Assembly (NCBI GenBank): GCA_035084275.1
Contig: CM068762.1
Span: forward strand, 8,370,001-8,434,000
DNA from: Hydrolagus colliei
Taxonomy: Eukaryota
DNA length: 64,000 nucleotides
Reading direction: 5' to 3'
Shown: one piece after another, positions 33,001 through 48,000 of the stretch
Layout: each line of letters begins with the position of its first letter
How positions within the stretch are numbered: the stretch's first letter is position 1
Position numbers and translations under genes: made by a program
Notes under the pieces: generated by a model
What the model was told of the DNA's origin: nothing
The model's database searches: none
Seen by the model: the letters and a program-made list of their open reading frames with translations, nothing else

Positions 33001-36000
33001 ATAACTAATTCCCTCTTCGGTTTATGATAACAGCGGTGCCCCAAGAGAGCGGTATGGAAATACTATATTTTCTAGTGTACAATTTTGTATTACAATATTA
33101 CAATTTAATTTATGTTACTCTGGTTTTCGAAAAAAAAACGTTTTAACGTTTGCTTCATAGCGCCTTGGGACGTCCTTCCGACCTGAAAGTCGTTCTATAA
33201 ATATAATTTGTTGTTGCTGTTATTAACCCCAGTAAAGTGCTATTTAGAACTGAGCTGCTGAAACTGGTTCCCTCAAAAGTATGCTTTCATACTATATCTG
33301 TATTTAAAAGAATGCTGGTTAATAAAGGAAAATACAAAAAAAGGGACGTTTTACCCTCTTGCATTAATACCATAAGGATGATAAACAATTTTTTGCAATT
33401 TTTGACTCTTGGTTAAGGGACATGTTTTTCTTCACGTTTTGTGCACGAAATATAGTCAATTCACTTTACAGTATATTCTGTGGAGCACTGAGACATCTCG
33501 AAGACGCGATAAGGCGCTATGTCAAACACAAAGATTATTATGATGTTAATTTCTTGGTTAGAAACATCACTAACATAGGTTTCATAACTTGAAATAGCTA
33601 TTGGGGCAATGGTAATTTTATAGCAGGAATTATAAAATCTTCATGGTTGAATAAAATGGTCATGAGTGTAAAAATCATTGAGGATTTGGTGGGAAATAAA
33701 ATCCGTTACTTTAATAAAATGTTCTTAAATGAAGTAGTAGTGTCATTTTTACAAGTTACCTTTAATGTTCTATTTTCATATCCCGCAGTTATGCTAATAG
33801 ATGTTGGATTGACCACAAAAGAATGAAGATCAGAGGAAATCTCTTAGTTTATAGACTGAGATCTGCAGATGTAACCCTTGTATCAAACCTTACCCTTTTT
33901 GACCCACATTGTGCCGTAAATGTGAACGAATGCTTAGGGCTGTGGTTAATTTTAGCATGCGTGTGTGAGAATTAAATCTGTTTAATTGAAGTTCCATTAG
34001 AAATCTGTCAAAATGGTGGTATATTTTAAGAACAATTTTGACAGATTTTCATAAATTACACCTAGGGAATTACTATTAAGTCATTTAACCATTCCATGTA
34101 AATTTTGGACCTAAAGTGCTTTGAGACGTTTCAAAGATTTGTTAGGACACTATATCCAATGCAAGTATTATTATCTGGGAGTAGAATTTGATTCAGTCAA
34201 GATTCTTTTGAGATTCTTGGGGTTTTAATTTATTTCACTCCATGTTTTAATAATTACTTTGCCAATCTCAGCACTAAAGTTAGTGAACTGCATGCATTGG
34301 TGGGAGATTCCACCTCATTTTGTTTGACATGTGGAAAAGGTGGGTCTCCCAATTTTCTGGGTGTCCTAAAGTGTCATAATAACAAACGCAAGGAGTGCTA
34401 TATTATTAAGAGTTTCACATTCTGTAATTGTGTGGAAACGCTGAGGTATTTATTCAATACTTTGGACATTTACCAGTATCATGTGGAGGAACAGAGACTT
34501 ACTTGAAGATGCCAGTACTACGATTCCTACCGCTTTTTAGAATAGTTTTTATTTTCTATTCTAGATATTGAATGAGCAAGAAAGAATATTCGATTGCCTA
34601 TTGTGAACTTGGAATTCCTCCATTTAAAAAAATTATTTGTTTCCTCTCCCTTTCTATTCTGTGACTTGCAGTTGAATGTTGTTTTCCTATAGAATTTTAG
34701 TAATGATCCAATTACTTGTGGCTTCAGTGGTGCTGGTATTAGAGTCTACAACAACAACATGTAACAACAGTGAAGAGCACATCATTTCAGGCCTTGTGCA
34801 ATTTACATTTTTTCAAGACATGAAACATTACAGAGCATCAAGTAAAGAGCTGCGGATGTTTAAAGTGATGTGTTGCTGACAGGCAGTTAATTTGCGCTTT
34901 CACAAGATTTCTTCACCATATTTTCCTCGCTATTTAAAAAATGTGCATTGATATGATGCAAAAAAATGATATTCTTACATGCTATTGTATTTCTGTTATA
35001 TTTTCTCTTGGATTTGAGGGCTTGGTCACATAACTGTTTCTAACTTGCCTGACACTTGCCTTGCTTTAAATAATTAACCAAGGGGACAGGAGGTTAAAAG
35101 AACAAGATGTCCCAGAAGAGTTTTTTTAAAAAAGTCAAAAACACTGGACACTTATCTTAGTTCTGAAATATACTACACAATCTCTATATAGTCTTTTTAT
35201 AATGCTGTGCATGTTTCTCAACAGGTTAAATAAAATCTGCAGTCGGCTAAGTATTCAAAGGAAAACCCAATTTATGCAAAGGCTGCACAATTACTGGATA
35301 TTGAAACGGCAGTCACGCAATGGCGTTCCCCTCCTGCGACGATTACATTCACATCTGCAGTCACACAGAAACGCAGAGCAGGTAAAATCAACGCAGGTCT
35401 TTTGCTAACTTCTCTTTGTACTCTACAATAGTAAATGACTATTTTAATACACTCCAGATAGTAAGTAAGTGGTTGTCTTGTTAGTATGGATGCTATGGGA
35501 TATGGAAATCAGCCTTCAATCTGGTATGTTATTTGTCTGCCAGTTCTTTGTTTTTAACCTAATCTGTTGCCCTATTTGCACGACTGCTGTATTATGCTTT
35601 AGCGTATTTCAATATTCCAATCATGGAAATAAAATACTGCTGCTGACTTGTGTTCCATTCATACTTATCATTCATAATATGTTCAGAAGCAGTTCAATTA
35701 TGTTATATTTTGATGAACTGGTGAACCTGCCAGCAAATTATAAGTAAGCAGCTTAGAGGAGCTCACATGGGAATGCTATGTTGAAGAGACTGAAAATTGA
35801 AGATGAAAAGTGTGAGATGATTATCTGTTCAGAGAGCAGCATAATGTTTTATTTTTAAAGTTTTTGTGTTCAGTGCTCAGCTCAGTGTTGTAGTAAAAGC
35901 TAAATTTACTGGCAGCCGCTTCGCATTATTGCAATGAATTTGTAGCATAGGCAGGATGCTTGTATTTTATTAAATTATGGCCACTGCGTGATTTGACTCC

Positions 36001-39000
36001 TTAACTTCTCTAAGTAATATTGTAAGAATGGCTTTGGCAAGGTTTTAGAGGAAAGCTCACAGATTACAATTGATTATATTTAACTTTAAAAACACCATTG
36101 CCAGTATTTGAATAAAGGTGTGAAACTAACAGTATAACAAACACATTTTGTTAATGTGTTATTATTGCAAGATATGTTCTTTTAGCAATAGATCATTTTA
36201 CAGGCTGATTTCAAAATCTTATCAGCGTATTAAGATGTTTTGTTTAGTCCTGTTTTCAAAAAGCATCCGTACAAAATTTCAACCTTTTTTGTATAAATTA
36301 TTTTCTCATTTTTTAGAGAGTTTCTTTTGTTTAAATTTGTGTGTTCTATCTCTGAAGTTAAGGAGAAAATAGAAATGTAATTGCCTGACTTGGCAGTTAA
36401 CCACGGCACAAATAGTATCTCAATTTAGATTATCTATCTCAATTTAGAATTAGTCCCCCGGCCTACCTGCCCCACCATCAGCGGGCAAGCCTTCAACCAC
36501 CCTGCCCCTGACCTTCGGAATTCCAATCCCGCACTCTCTCCTCCTCGCCCATTTCAAGTCCGGCCTCAAGGCCCCCCTCTTCGACGGTCCCATCGGTCAA
36601 CCATTCCTTTCCCTCCACCCTCACTGATCCCAACCCCAGCTTGGATATGAAACACTGACTCTCCGTCACTTTGGGACGTCCTCCCGACGTGAAAGGCGCT
36701 ATACAAATTAATTTTGTTGTTGTTGTTGTCCACCACCTTGGGACGTCCTGACATGAAAGGTGCTAAAAAAAAATGTAATTTTGTTCTTGTTAGCAGCTAA
36801 AATCTTTCCACTGAGCTCAGTATATTAATAGTTTTGCTGCTGTTGTTTTGGAAGGTGTAGCTGAAATCCAAACAGATCTCTGTCTCTCTCTGTCCCAGTC
36901 TCTCTGTGTCTCTGTCTCTGTCCCAGTCTCTCTGTGTCTCTCTCTCTCTGTCTCTGTCTGTCCCAGTCTCTCTGTGTCTCTCTCTCTTTCTGTCTCTCTC
37001 TCTCTCTGTTTGAGTCTCTCGCTGTCATAATCTCACTCACAGTCTCTCTCTCTCTCTGTCTCAGTCTCTATCTCTTTGACTCTCTCCATGCCTTCAATAG
37101 CAGTGCTACCTACCTTATGCCGTCACTGGTAAACCGGAAATGTTAGCGCTAGGCGCAAGGCATTACTGAGAACGATTTTTTTCATATACGGAAACACAGT
37201 AGGGACCTCCTACTCCTACTTAATGAAATTTTTGCTTAACGAGGAGTTTTGAAGTCCCTAACCCTTTTGTTAAGCAGGGGTTACCTGTATATATCGGGGG
37301 TTGCACGCTCCATTGTGACTGCTGCAATACACTACTGGCTGCGATCGCTCATTGCTTCACCTTCGAAATGAAAGACATGCGTCTTTGCTCACAACTGTGT
37401 GCGTATGAGTTTGAAAGTTAGATTAATGCAGCATACAGCTCGCTCACACGTATACCTAGACCTATAACTCTACAAGATACTCTACTATTGTGTATTCATC
37501 GTAATACTGCTAGTGTGCGCAGCGCTCTGTTATAGGCTACCATATCCTGGTGTGTATCGGGGGTGCATGTATCATACAATAAATTACATTCTGGAAAATA
37601 GTTTTGTTTCTCTAGTGTCATGTTTATAAAACGTAGTTACATTTCGTTGGAAATAAGACATGATTATTGTTATTTGTTCATGTACGTTTTTGTAAGTTGG
37701 CATTTTACTTGGCGTCTTTTCGCGCTGTAACTTTTGTTAAGTACCGGTAGGTTCTGGGGAAAATACTTTTTTTTACTACAAAATACTGTTTTTAGCTTTC
37801 AGGAGTTTTTTTTTGTCAAAAAAGGTTGGCAGCTCTGTAGATATCTATTTTTTGTTAACTTCACAGAAAGAACAGGATGAAAAGAACAGTGCGGTAAAAG
37901 AACAATTGAAATACTGGCAAAAACTGAGGCACGATTTGGAAAGAGCTCGTCTGCTCGTGGAACTTATTCGCAAGAGAGAGAAGCTCAAGAGAGAAGAGGT
38001 AATAGCTTTATTTTTCATGTTGGGATATCAAAAGAGCTGTAAGAGCTGTCTTACTTTGGCTTTGGTGATGGCAGAATCTGTACTAATGTGATTTTACTAC
38101 CAGAAACGTTATTGGTAAAGTGACATAATTTTAAACTGGGTGTGAACTGCACAGACCTAAGTGCAGTGGCCAGATTTTATATGGTTCAAGAATCCCACTT
38201 GCCTTCACATAATAATAATCCTTGCAATTGATATAGTGCTTTTTAGCTCTTCTAGACTTCTCAAAGCGCTTCATAGAATATACTGTAAAGTGATTGACTG
38301 TACATTTGGGGCAAAATGCAGCAGCCAATTGCACATAGCAGTGTCCCACAAACAGTCGTGGATTGAATAACCAAATGATTTTTTTTTTTTTCTTGAGGCA
38401 TTATTATCAGACGTGTGGAGTAAGAAAAGTTTCCCAAGGTTTTGCCCTGGCTGGAATCGAACCGGGTTTCTCGCTTGTGAGGCGAGTGCTCTAACCGCTG
38501 AGCTACAGGACACCATAATATCATTTTCGTTCTTAAGCCTACAGTGTTTCTTGGGTTCCTCATGGTATTAGTGGCCAAAGTTTGTTTGGTCACAGTGACC
38601 TTTTACTTTTCCCCTAGTCTGAATATGAATCTACTTTCTCCGTAATACCTTGCAGGGCCTTGGGATGTCCTCCCGACGTAAAAGGCTCTGTACAAATGTA
38701 ATCGTGTTTTTGGAATCCAGGGTTTCCATGTAGTTCAAAATGTTTTAGATCATGATGTTTTAGCCAGCAAAACTGTAGGTATCTGAAGAGTTATGCTGGT
38801 TACATTTGTTCTTGTCCTTCCAGAGTCCAGCTGTTAATATACATTTATCAAACTGGTTTGGACATTTAATTTAGGAATTTTGCTACGGTTAATGTATCTC
38901 AGATTTATTGATTTGTAGTGCATCATATGTTAGATCTTCTTTGAGCAGTGGTTACAATTTATTTTTCTTTCCACTCCCCCCAACGTAAGAATTAATTCCA

Positions 39001-42000
39001 TAATTCACTAGCATTTGCGGCATACAGGTCATGCTGCCAATGAATAGGACTTTGAGAAATGGGAGTTGAGAGAGCAACTCCTCAAATTCCTGTGAACTAT
39101 TCCACATTTCCAAAAGAATTATATGCTGCAGTTTCTGAAATGTAGACTATGTTTTCTTGCATGCAGCAGTCCTGTTTGTAAATGGATTGAAGTTGAATTA
39201 TTTTGGACAACACAAGGGGAATATATTGCAGTTCGCTGTTCACAACTTTTGAAAGATATAAATATGACTTTAGAGGATTGATACCCATTATCATTTTTAA
39301 GTATAATTGAAACTACTTTCCTAATTTAAGTTTTTTCTTATGACCTCTTTCTACTCCGTTCAAAACAAATGTGGAAAATCTGTTTCCAAATGTAGACAGA
39401 ACAATTATCTTAGGTTTTAAGACAATGAGGATTGCCAAACGTTTGAGGTTTTCTTATGCCTTGCACCATTCTACCACTTGAAGACTGACTGTTGTCCTAT
39501 GGCCATTAAGCTATTATGCTATTCTTTAAAAGAAATTACTCTCAAACCCTTGGCAGTGTTTTCTGCAATAATTTGATCTTCTTGAGCTAGATAGCTTTCA
39601 TAAAGATTTCATGTAATCTACAACAGACCATCTATTACATTAAACTTTAGGACTGACCATCACAGTAAAACAGGAAATTTGCAAGGAATTAGTATTTTGA
39701 GAGCACTGAGATTGCTGTGGTTCTGCACATAAAACTGGATTCCCAGACTTCAGGAACAGTAGATAATTCTCTGCTTGTGCCACCATTGTGAAATGCACTT
39801 AATTGTGTTGTTTATGACTCTGTTGTACTCGTATTAAGCGATTAATTATATCATGATTGAATTGAGATTTCTATGCCTCAAATGTCCTTAGTCAATCAGG
39901 ACACAATAATCATTGTTTAATTCTTAACCACGTGAACAATATAATTAAAGCAAACCCACAAATAAGCAATAACAAAGTACCACAACAAAGCAGCAGTGCA
40001 CCTGGACTAGATTAATCTGAGATATTCCTTTCCTTGCCAAATGATTATTCTTGCTCAAGATCATTTCCTGGAGGCAATGCTGTATTATCATAAATTCAAT
40101 GGAGCCATTATACTTTTGCCAGTACTGTATATTAGATCCCACAATCTCAAAGACTCCACAGTTCTCCCAAGTTATTAAATAAGTATTACCCCAAAATGTT
40201 ATTTTTCATATAATTACATTACTGTTGGATCTAAACGTTTCAAACAGATTTAGTCTGAATACACTCGAGAGATATGTAACGGTACTTTTCATTAAACGTA
40301 CTCTCCACAGTCCTTTTCCCAATTAGTGTTTTCTTGCCACATTTGCACTTAACTGTAAATTTAAGTACATGAAAATTTAAGTATGACTGAATAGGGGAGT
40401 GTTTACACCAATTTATCTGCATATTTGATTGATCACATAAACAACAAAGGAACTCCGATTAAAGTTGAAAAATATAGGAATACCACCCCACCTTCTCCCT
40501 CTGCTCAGCAGGTACCAGCCCCCTTCACATCCCCTATAGTCCCCGTCCCACCTCAGACCTTCTGCCCCCACTCTCTGGAACTCCCACCTTGGAGTCCCTT
40601 TGCCTTGCCCATTGCCTTTCAAAGTCCATTTCAAACCTCAAGACTTTCCTCTTTGACTTTGCCTTCAGTCATCTTGTGTGGACTCCTGTAGCTCAGTTGA
40701 TTAAAGCGCTTGCCTTACAACTGAGACCTAGGTTCAATTCCAGGCAGTGCGAAAGCTTGGGCAAATTTCCTTAATCCACACTCCTGATAATAATCCCTAA
40801 AAAAAAATAACAATAAATTGGTCATTTCAATCCACGACTGCTTGTGGGACACTGCTGTGCGCAATTGGCTGCTGTGTTTTGCCCACATATACATAAAGTC
40901 GATTCACTTTACAGTATATTCTGTGAAGTGCTGTGAGACATCTCAAAAACATGAGAAGTGCTACAGTATATCAAATGCAAGGATTGCTATTATTATTATC
41001 TTCCCACCCCCATCTCCACCTCTCCCAAATCCAACCCCCAGCACCTTATGATGTTCTTCCAACATGAAAGGCCCTATACAAATGCAATTTTTGTTGAAAC
41101 GTTGTTGTGGCTTGGTTCAGTGTCTCACCAGCTACTTTATAAGGAGATGTGCAAAAATAGCTGATTTATTAAGTTATCTGGTTTATCAAGTAGCTGGTTT
41201 ATCAAGTATCATAATGTCTGTCCTGCGTGTATGCAAAATATACACAGGAGGTATGGCTGACGTCACTTTTCTTGATCACATATAATTCACAAAGTCGCCT
41301 TTGCGGTAACCTGGAAGTTAGGATGGATTTTTTGAGAGTTGGGTGAATGATGTGTATTCGTTCACAAAACTTGAAGTGTTACCAAGTAAATTTGAAAAGG
41401 CTTAGAAGTAAGCCTTTATTACAGTCCTTCACCACTAACATATCATGAATGAATCATTCTGCAGGTCAAAGTGCAGCAAGTTGCCTTGGAGCTGCGGCTT
41501 ACTCCGTTTATTGTCTTTTTAAGACAAATTTTGGATCAACTTCAGGACAAAGATCAAGCAAATATATTTGCACAACCGGTAAACCTCAAAGAGGTAAGGC
41601 CTATTTAGCCATGATGCAAGTAATATATATTAGGCCTATTTCATGTAATTGCTATGCATATTTTATATGAAAACGCTTTATTTTTCACATTTTTCTAAAC
41701 TTTTGATAATTACCAACATATAATTCAAGCAAAACAAAAATTCACCAGGTAAGAGGGAAGCCTGTGATAATTTTATAATTTGTAATCTTCACATTAGACA
41801 ACATTAGAGACGTCTAGAAGACATGAAAAGCGCTATATCAAATACAAGGATTATTGTTATTTAATATATAGGCAAAGGTCATCACATCAACAAATCAAGA
41901 AGAATTATAAGAGAATACGTTCACCCAGAAAAAGTCATAATGACAACACTTATATTCTAGCAGTAACTCTTAAGGAGGTACTGTTAGAATATGAAAATCA

Positions 42001-45000
42001 ATAGAAATGGATAGAACATAGAAGATGTAACACATCTGAGAGCTCTTTAATATGTAGGATTTGGGGCTAATAATAATCTTTGCATTTGATATAGCGCATT
42101 GAGCATTTTCTAAACATTTCAAAGCGCTTCACAGAATATACTGTAAAGAGAATTGACTTATATTTGTGGGCGAAATGCGGCATCCAATTGGATGAGGTTG
42201 AAGAATGTGTTGGAGGAGAGAATCTTCCCTGAACAACAATCTGCATTTATATACTGTTCCCCCCATTTTCCTTTAGAAGTATTCAATGGACAGTTATTGA
42301 TGCTTTGTTTTTTTCAAGGTTCCAGATTACTTAGAATTTATTGCACATCCTATGGACTTTTCCACCATGAGGAAGAAGCTAGAAACTCATTGTTACAAAA
42401 CCCTGGATGAATTTGAAACCGATTTTAACCTGGTCATCAACAACTGCTTGAAGTATAATGCAAAAGAGACTATATTCTACCGGGCGGCAGTGCGGTTGAG
42501 GGATCAAGGGGGCTCCATACTGAGATGCTCTCGGCGTCAAGGGGAAAACACCGGGTACGACTATGAAACTGGAACGCATCTACCTGAATCGCCAAATTCA
42601 GCGGATTTCTACCGCTTCTCCTGGGAAGATGGTAGGCATTGTGAGACCGCAGATTGTTGTAGTCTGAAAAGCGCTGTTTCTTTTTATTAGGGATGCTGTT
42701 TAAGGCTGCTGATTATTCCAGCGTAACTCCTACCAACCTGTCCTACCTAACCTTAATCCTAACCCTAACCAATTCACGTCCCCTGCCTTGTCGAACCCAC
42801 TATTGGCGGTGTGAGACTTCAGATTCTCACACCCTCTGGAACTCCATCCCACAATTCCATTTTGACATGCTTCTTTGATAAAAGCTAGAGTAAGGAAGGA
42901 AATAAACATTTTTGGATTCATTTTATGTTTTTGATTTGTTTTTCAGTGGATAACATCTTGATACCAGAGAACAGAGCCCACATGTCACTGGAAGACCAGC
43001 TGAAGGAATTACTAGATAAACTGGACATTACGTGTACCATGAAGTCGAGTGGAGCCCGATCAAAGCGAGTCAGATTGCTGAGACGAGAGATCAACAGCAT
43101 CAGGCACAAGCTGGGACAACAACAGTTACACAACGGCAGCTATTCTGAATTGTTACGGGAAGATAATGAGAAATCCTTGGCTGAAGGCAACGAGGATAGT
43201 GTTGAGAGAGGTATGACATGTTTTGTTGGACAATTCAATCTATTAAAAAATAACATGCACTTTTAAAAATGCTTTTAAAGTAACTTACACTCTAATCACT
43301 GTCATGTCAATGTGAGTTAGTCTTTTTTTAAACCATATTTCAACACTGTTGTAACACTATGTAGTTAAATAGTTTGTCCTCCGGATGAGATGTTGCACCA
43401 AGGTTAAGTCTGCCTGCTCAGATGGATGTTAAAGATCCTGTGGCACAATTCGAAAAGAGTTTCTGTGTCCTGGTCAACAATCCCCCAGATAAGATTGGTC
43501 ATTCCATGATTTAAAATGATGATACTGTTTAAGGTATTTTAGTATGGGCTCCAAAGTTTCATATGTATTCCATACTCGAGATTCAAAGGAGTGTTTAATA
43601 TCCAGGTCTACATATTTTAGGATATTAAAATACATTTCTATCTTGTGCATGAAATCTTATTCGGTGTAACTTAGCTAAAGTAACATGAAACAAGCATTTT
43701 CATTGTTGATACAGTTGAAACTCATTAATATAATCAGCCACATCTTTCGTGCCCACTGTTCCACCATTGTTGGCTGCGATTTTAGCCACATAGCCCCGAA
43801 AAGCTGGAACACTCTTCCTCTATCCCTTCATCTTACCCCCTCCTTACCCATTTTCAGGTCGCACCTATTTGACTGTGCCTATGGTCACCTCCCTGTCTCC
43901 TCGGCTCGGCGTTGTGTTCCACCACTGTGAATCCCTCTGGGACTCTATCCTGCATGAGGCGCACTGTATAAATGCTCGTTGTTCTAGTCAACAACCGAGG
44001 AGTTTTGACCAGATTAGCGAGTTGACCTCACTGTTGAGTTTGAATTACCACATTACCATAAACTTGAAATGAAAACGACTGCAAAGAGCCAATTGACCGC
44101 ACTAGTAGAATGACCATATGCCTCGTTTCCACTGTTAATTTCATGACGATTATAACCGCCTGAAAAGAAAAGCCCTTGACTATTTTAATCTGCCAGTTCC
44201 GCAGCGTTTTTTGTTCATGATGGAAGAAGTATGAGTCTTATCAATATTGCCTTTGTTGTTGCTAAATTGCTTCCTGATTCTAATCTGGATTTTGAGGTGA
44301 CGAGAAGCTGAGTTGCAGTAGATTACGGAAGGTTTGTGAGTTTTCTCAGTATTGGATTCTCTCGCTGTTTACATGAAGGTGTCAGAGTGTGACTAATCTG
44401 CTTGCCACTGTTTTGTCATCCCGTTTTCCTGCTCCGTTGGTTACATACATTTTGCAGTTCCGTAGGAAAGACAAGATTATATGCTGATTTAAATACAATT
44501 TCCGAAAATTAAGTTACACTTCCATGTTAGCTGGTGATTAGATGTAATGGTCGATTAAGTAGCAGTAGGGGTAAATTAACCACTTTAAAAATAGATGTTC
44601 CACATGTGCATAATCACTTTAATCATCGAGGATATTCATTAAGAATACTGTATTATGAATCAGAGTAACTCTTCACTTTACTGTGGATTGTGATCTTTCC
44701 AGTTCTTTTTAAACATGTTCATGAAAACTGTTCACTCAATCCAATGTAATTAACAGCTCAATCCACGACTGTTTGTGGGACCCTGCTGTGCCTAATTGGA
44801 TGTCGCGTTTTACCCCAAAAATATACAGTTAATTCACGACACAGTGTATTCTATGAAGCGCTTTGAGATGTCTCAAAGACATCATAAGGCGCTATAGAAA
44901 ATGCAAGGATTATTATGTGAGTCTTTGGACTGTAGTACAATGCAAGTTACATGGTTCTTACAGAATTATATGCAGAATGCAACATTGGAAGAGAATGGGA

Positions 45001-48000
45001 GGGGGTAAGGAATGGGTGGAGACTCATGTGGAGAAAAACACTAGGTGAGACTAATTACATCAAATGATCTGTTTCCATGCTGTGAATCTTATGTAGAAGC
45101 ATATCTTGAGGATTTCACACTTTCCTGTGCATTTTCTTTGCTATCCCAAGTTTGAAGTCCACCAAAGGCCATTGATGTTTCTAAGTAAGTTGTGGTGAAG
45201 GGAACACTGCTTATTTGTGTGTGCTTCGGTGGCCGACCTCTCTTAATTGTTAGATGGTCTGAATCTCTCTTTGCCACCTGGTTTAGGATTATAAAGTTTG
45301 GGGCAGATTTGCAGTTGATAACTGTAAATCCAGTAACGTTCGCTCTTTAATTCAAATTTGATAAAAATATGTGCATGTAAGATTCACCGAATCCAATCTG
45401 TATTATGATGATTTTAAAGGATTTTAGCACCCAGACAAATCTGAGTATGACATTTTTCAAAGTGGTTGCGAGGCAAAACATTAATTCGAAATTCACTAGG
45501 TCAAAATTTTGGCGAGTACGTTTGATTAAAATGGAATGTGAATGTAAATTTGCAAACTTTGCTTTTCCTCCACAGAGGATTCGAAGGCTTCCCTGCCACC
45601 TACACTGGAGCCAACAGGACCAGCCCCATCCCCATCAGGTTCTGAAACCCATACTGATCCTCCTACCCTCAAACCTGTGAGTGAGGGCAGGGCACATAGC
45701 AGACTACACAAGCGGATAAAGTCTGACAGTGAAGTCCTGAACAAAAAAACACTACAAAAAGATGGCCTTGGCGCTCAGACACTCCAGCATCTCCTCATTG
45801 ACACCGCTGTCAATGGCCTCACTCTCCCTACCTCAGAAACAGCAACGCAGTCAGTCAGTGAAGTGGGCAGGCGGACCTCTGTGCTCTTCAGAAAAGCCAA
45901 GAACGGAGTCAAGTTACAGAAGGGATCTGGTCAGCCTGTGGAAAACGGAGATAGCCAGCACCAAACAGACCAGTTGGCATTGAACACTTCTCCGCCAGGG
46001 ACGCTTTCCAAACTACAGAGTTTACGTCAATCGAGGAAGCGACCGCAAAGCCTGAGCTGTAGCTCGGATAGTGAAAGTGAGAAGTCTCCGTGCACGCCTA
46101 CAGAATTAGGTAATAGTTGTACTTTGTTTTTCTCCCCACATTTCTGTTCTGCAACAATTGATCCTCCCAAGGATGGCTAAATAGTACAAATGAACATGTG
46201 GACAGCCACTCACTGTCTGGTGCTTTATTGCTAGCCAAAGTAGAGCACATCAGTCCCTTGGTTTTTTAAACAAATATTTATATTGCTGCATTTCATTGAA
46301 GAAATCTTATTTACTGCATTTCCTCCAGACGTGAAAGGAGTTCTCGTGCCGTCCTCCTGATGTGAAAAGTGGTATACAAATATAATTTTATTGTTACTGT
46401 TGTATTTTGTTAAAATGTTATATCTTTGCTCTACAGGGCTATCAAATGGCTTTGGCAAACACGCTCCGTTGTCAAACGTAGAGAGTTGTTCAGACTCTGA
46501 GTGCAGCTCCAGTCTCGGAAGCCATGGGGCATTCAGGTAACCATCAAGGCACAAATAGCAGCCCATTTCATCATGAAGCTTCATTAAGTGCATGTTATTT
46601 CTTGCGGACTGAGAGGATCAGTAGATTGTCTGTTCACCTCTGGATTTCTGTGTGCAGCAGGCACACACATGTGGATCTCTCAGTCTAGTGTGGATTCTCT
46701 TAAGCATGACAATGGGTTTCTGCTCGTGTCATATGCTTGACTAACTTTAAAAAAAACTGGGATTCAGGTTGAATTGGAGCTGAACAGTTATATTTTTATT
46801 ACTTTTTCTCTTGGCTATTAGGATCCTAAGTGAAATGTAGAGAAACGTAACGTGACAGTTGGGAGATCTATGCATAAAACATTGCCGCTAAATTGCCTGA
46901 GGGGTTACATACCTATTAAGAGTACAAGAAGGTGCTTTCATATGCCAAGCAGGCTATCGAAATCGCTTCTCACTTCTCTCCAGATATGACTACACGAAAT
47001 CCCTGAAGAATAATTAGGTATTAAATTCATGGTGCGGTTCTGTGCCATTGTGGAGTCCTGTAGCTCAGTGGTTAGAGCATTCACCTTGCAAGCGAGTGGA
47101 TCTTGGTTCGATTCCTGACAGGACAAAACAAAATGTTGGGCAAGTTTACTTACTTCACACGCCTCTGTTTAACTTTAGTAAGTAGGAATGGAACCTGGTT
47201 GTTAGTCGATCAGTGGATTGCTTTTCCGGGGGTAATCATGCCTTCAAAACAACAATAAATTTTAAAAGAATAATAATTTGGTCACTCAATCCACACATGT
47301 TTATGGAACACTGGCTGCTGCGTTTGATCCACAAAATATACAGTCAATTCACTTTACAGTATGTTCTGTGAAGCGCTTTGAGACGTCTTGAAGAGGTGAT
47401 AAGGCACTGTATCAAATGCAAAGATTGTTATTACTACAACCTATTGGAGCTTGAAATCTTTAATTGAGAGTATGTATTGGGGCTGACCTAGACATCGATT
47501 GTGTGACTGGTAATATGCATTACAACCAATTTTAACATACTTGTAAATCGCTTTAGTTCCATATAGCAACTTATTGTGGAGCTCCTGTGGCTTAGTGGTT
47601 AGAGCACTTGTCTTGCAAGCTGGGGAGACCAAGCTGGGAAGACCTGTGTTCGAAGCCAGGCAGGTCAGGGCGAAACCTTGGGCAAGTTTCCTTACTTCAC
47701 ACACGCGCCTAATAATAATCCATCCAAAAAAACCACAATAATAAAATTGGTCATTTCAATCCACGACTGTTTGTGGGACACTGCTGTGTGCAATTTGCTG
47801 CCGCGATTCGCCCACAAATATACAGTCAATTTACTTTACAGTATATTCTGTGAAGCGCTTTGGGACGTCGATAAGATGTGAAAAGCGCTATATCAAATGC
47901 AAGGATTATTATTATTATTATTACTAATAAACGTGTCCTATTCAGTCCTTTTGGCATCTGACCTTAGTGGGATAAATTGTACAGAGCAATCGTATTGAAC

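Noticed and set aside
36825-37146. ORFs rich in RE/RD or SL/CL dipeptides
   Set aside because: Translations of the TC/TG microsatellite.
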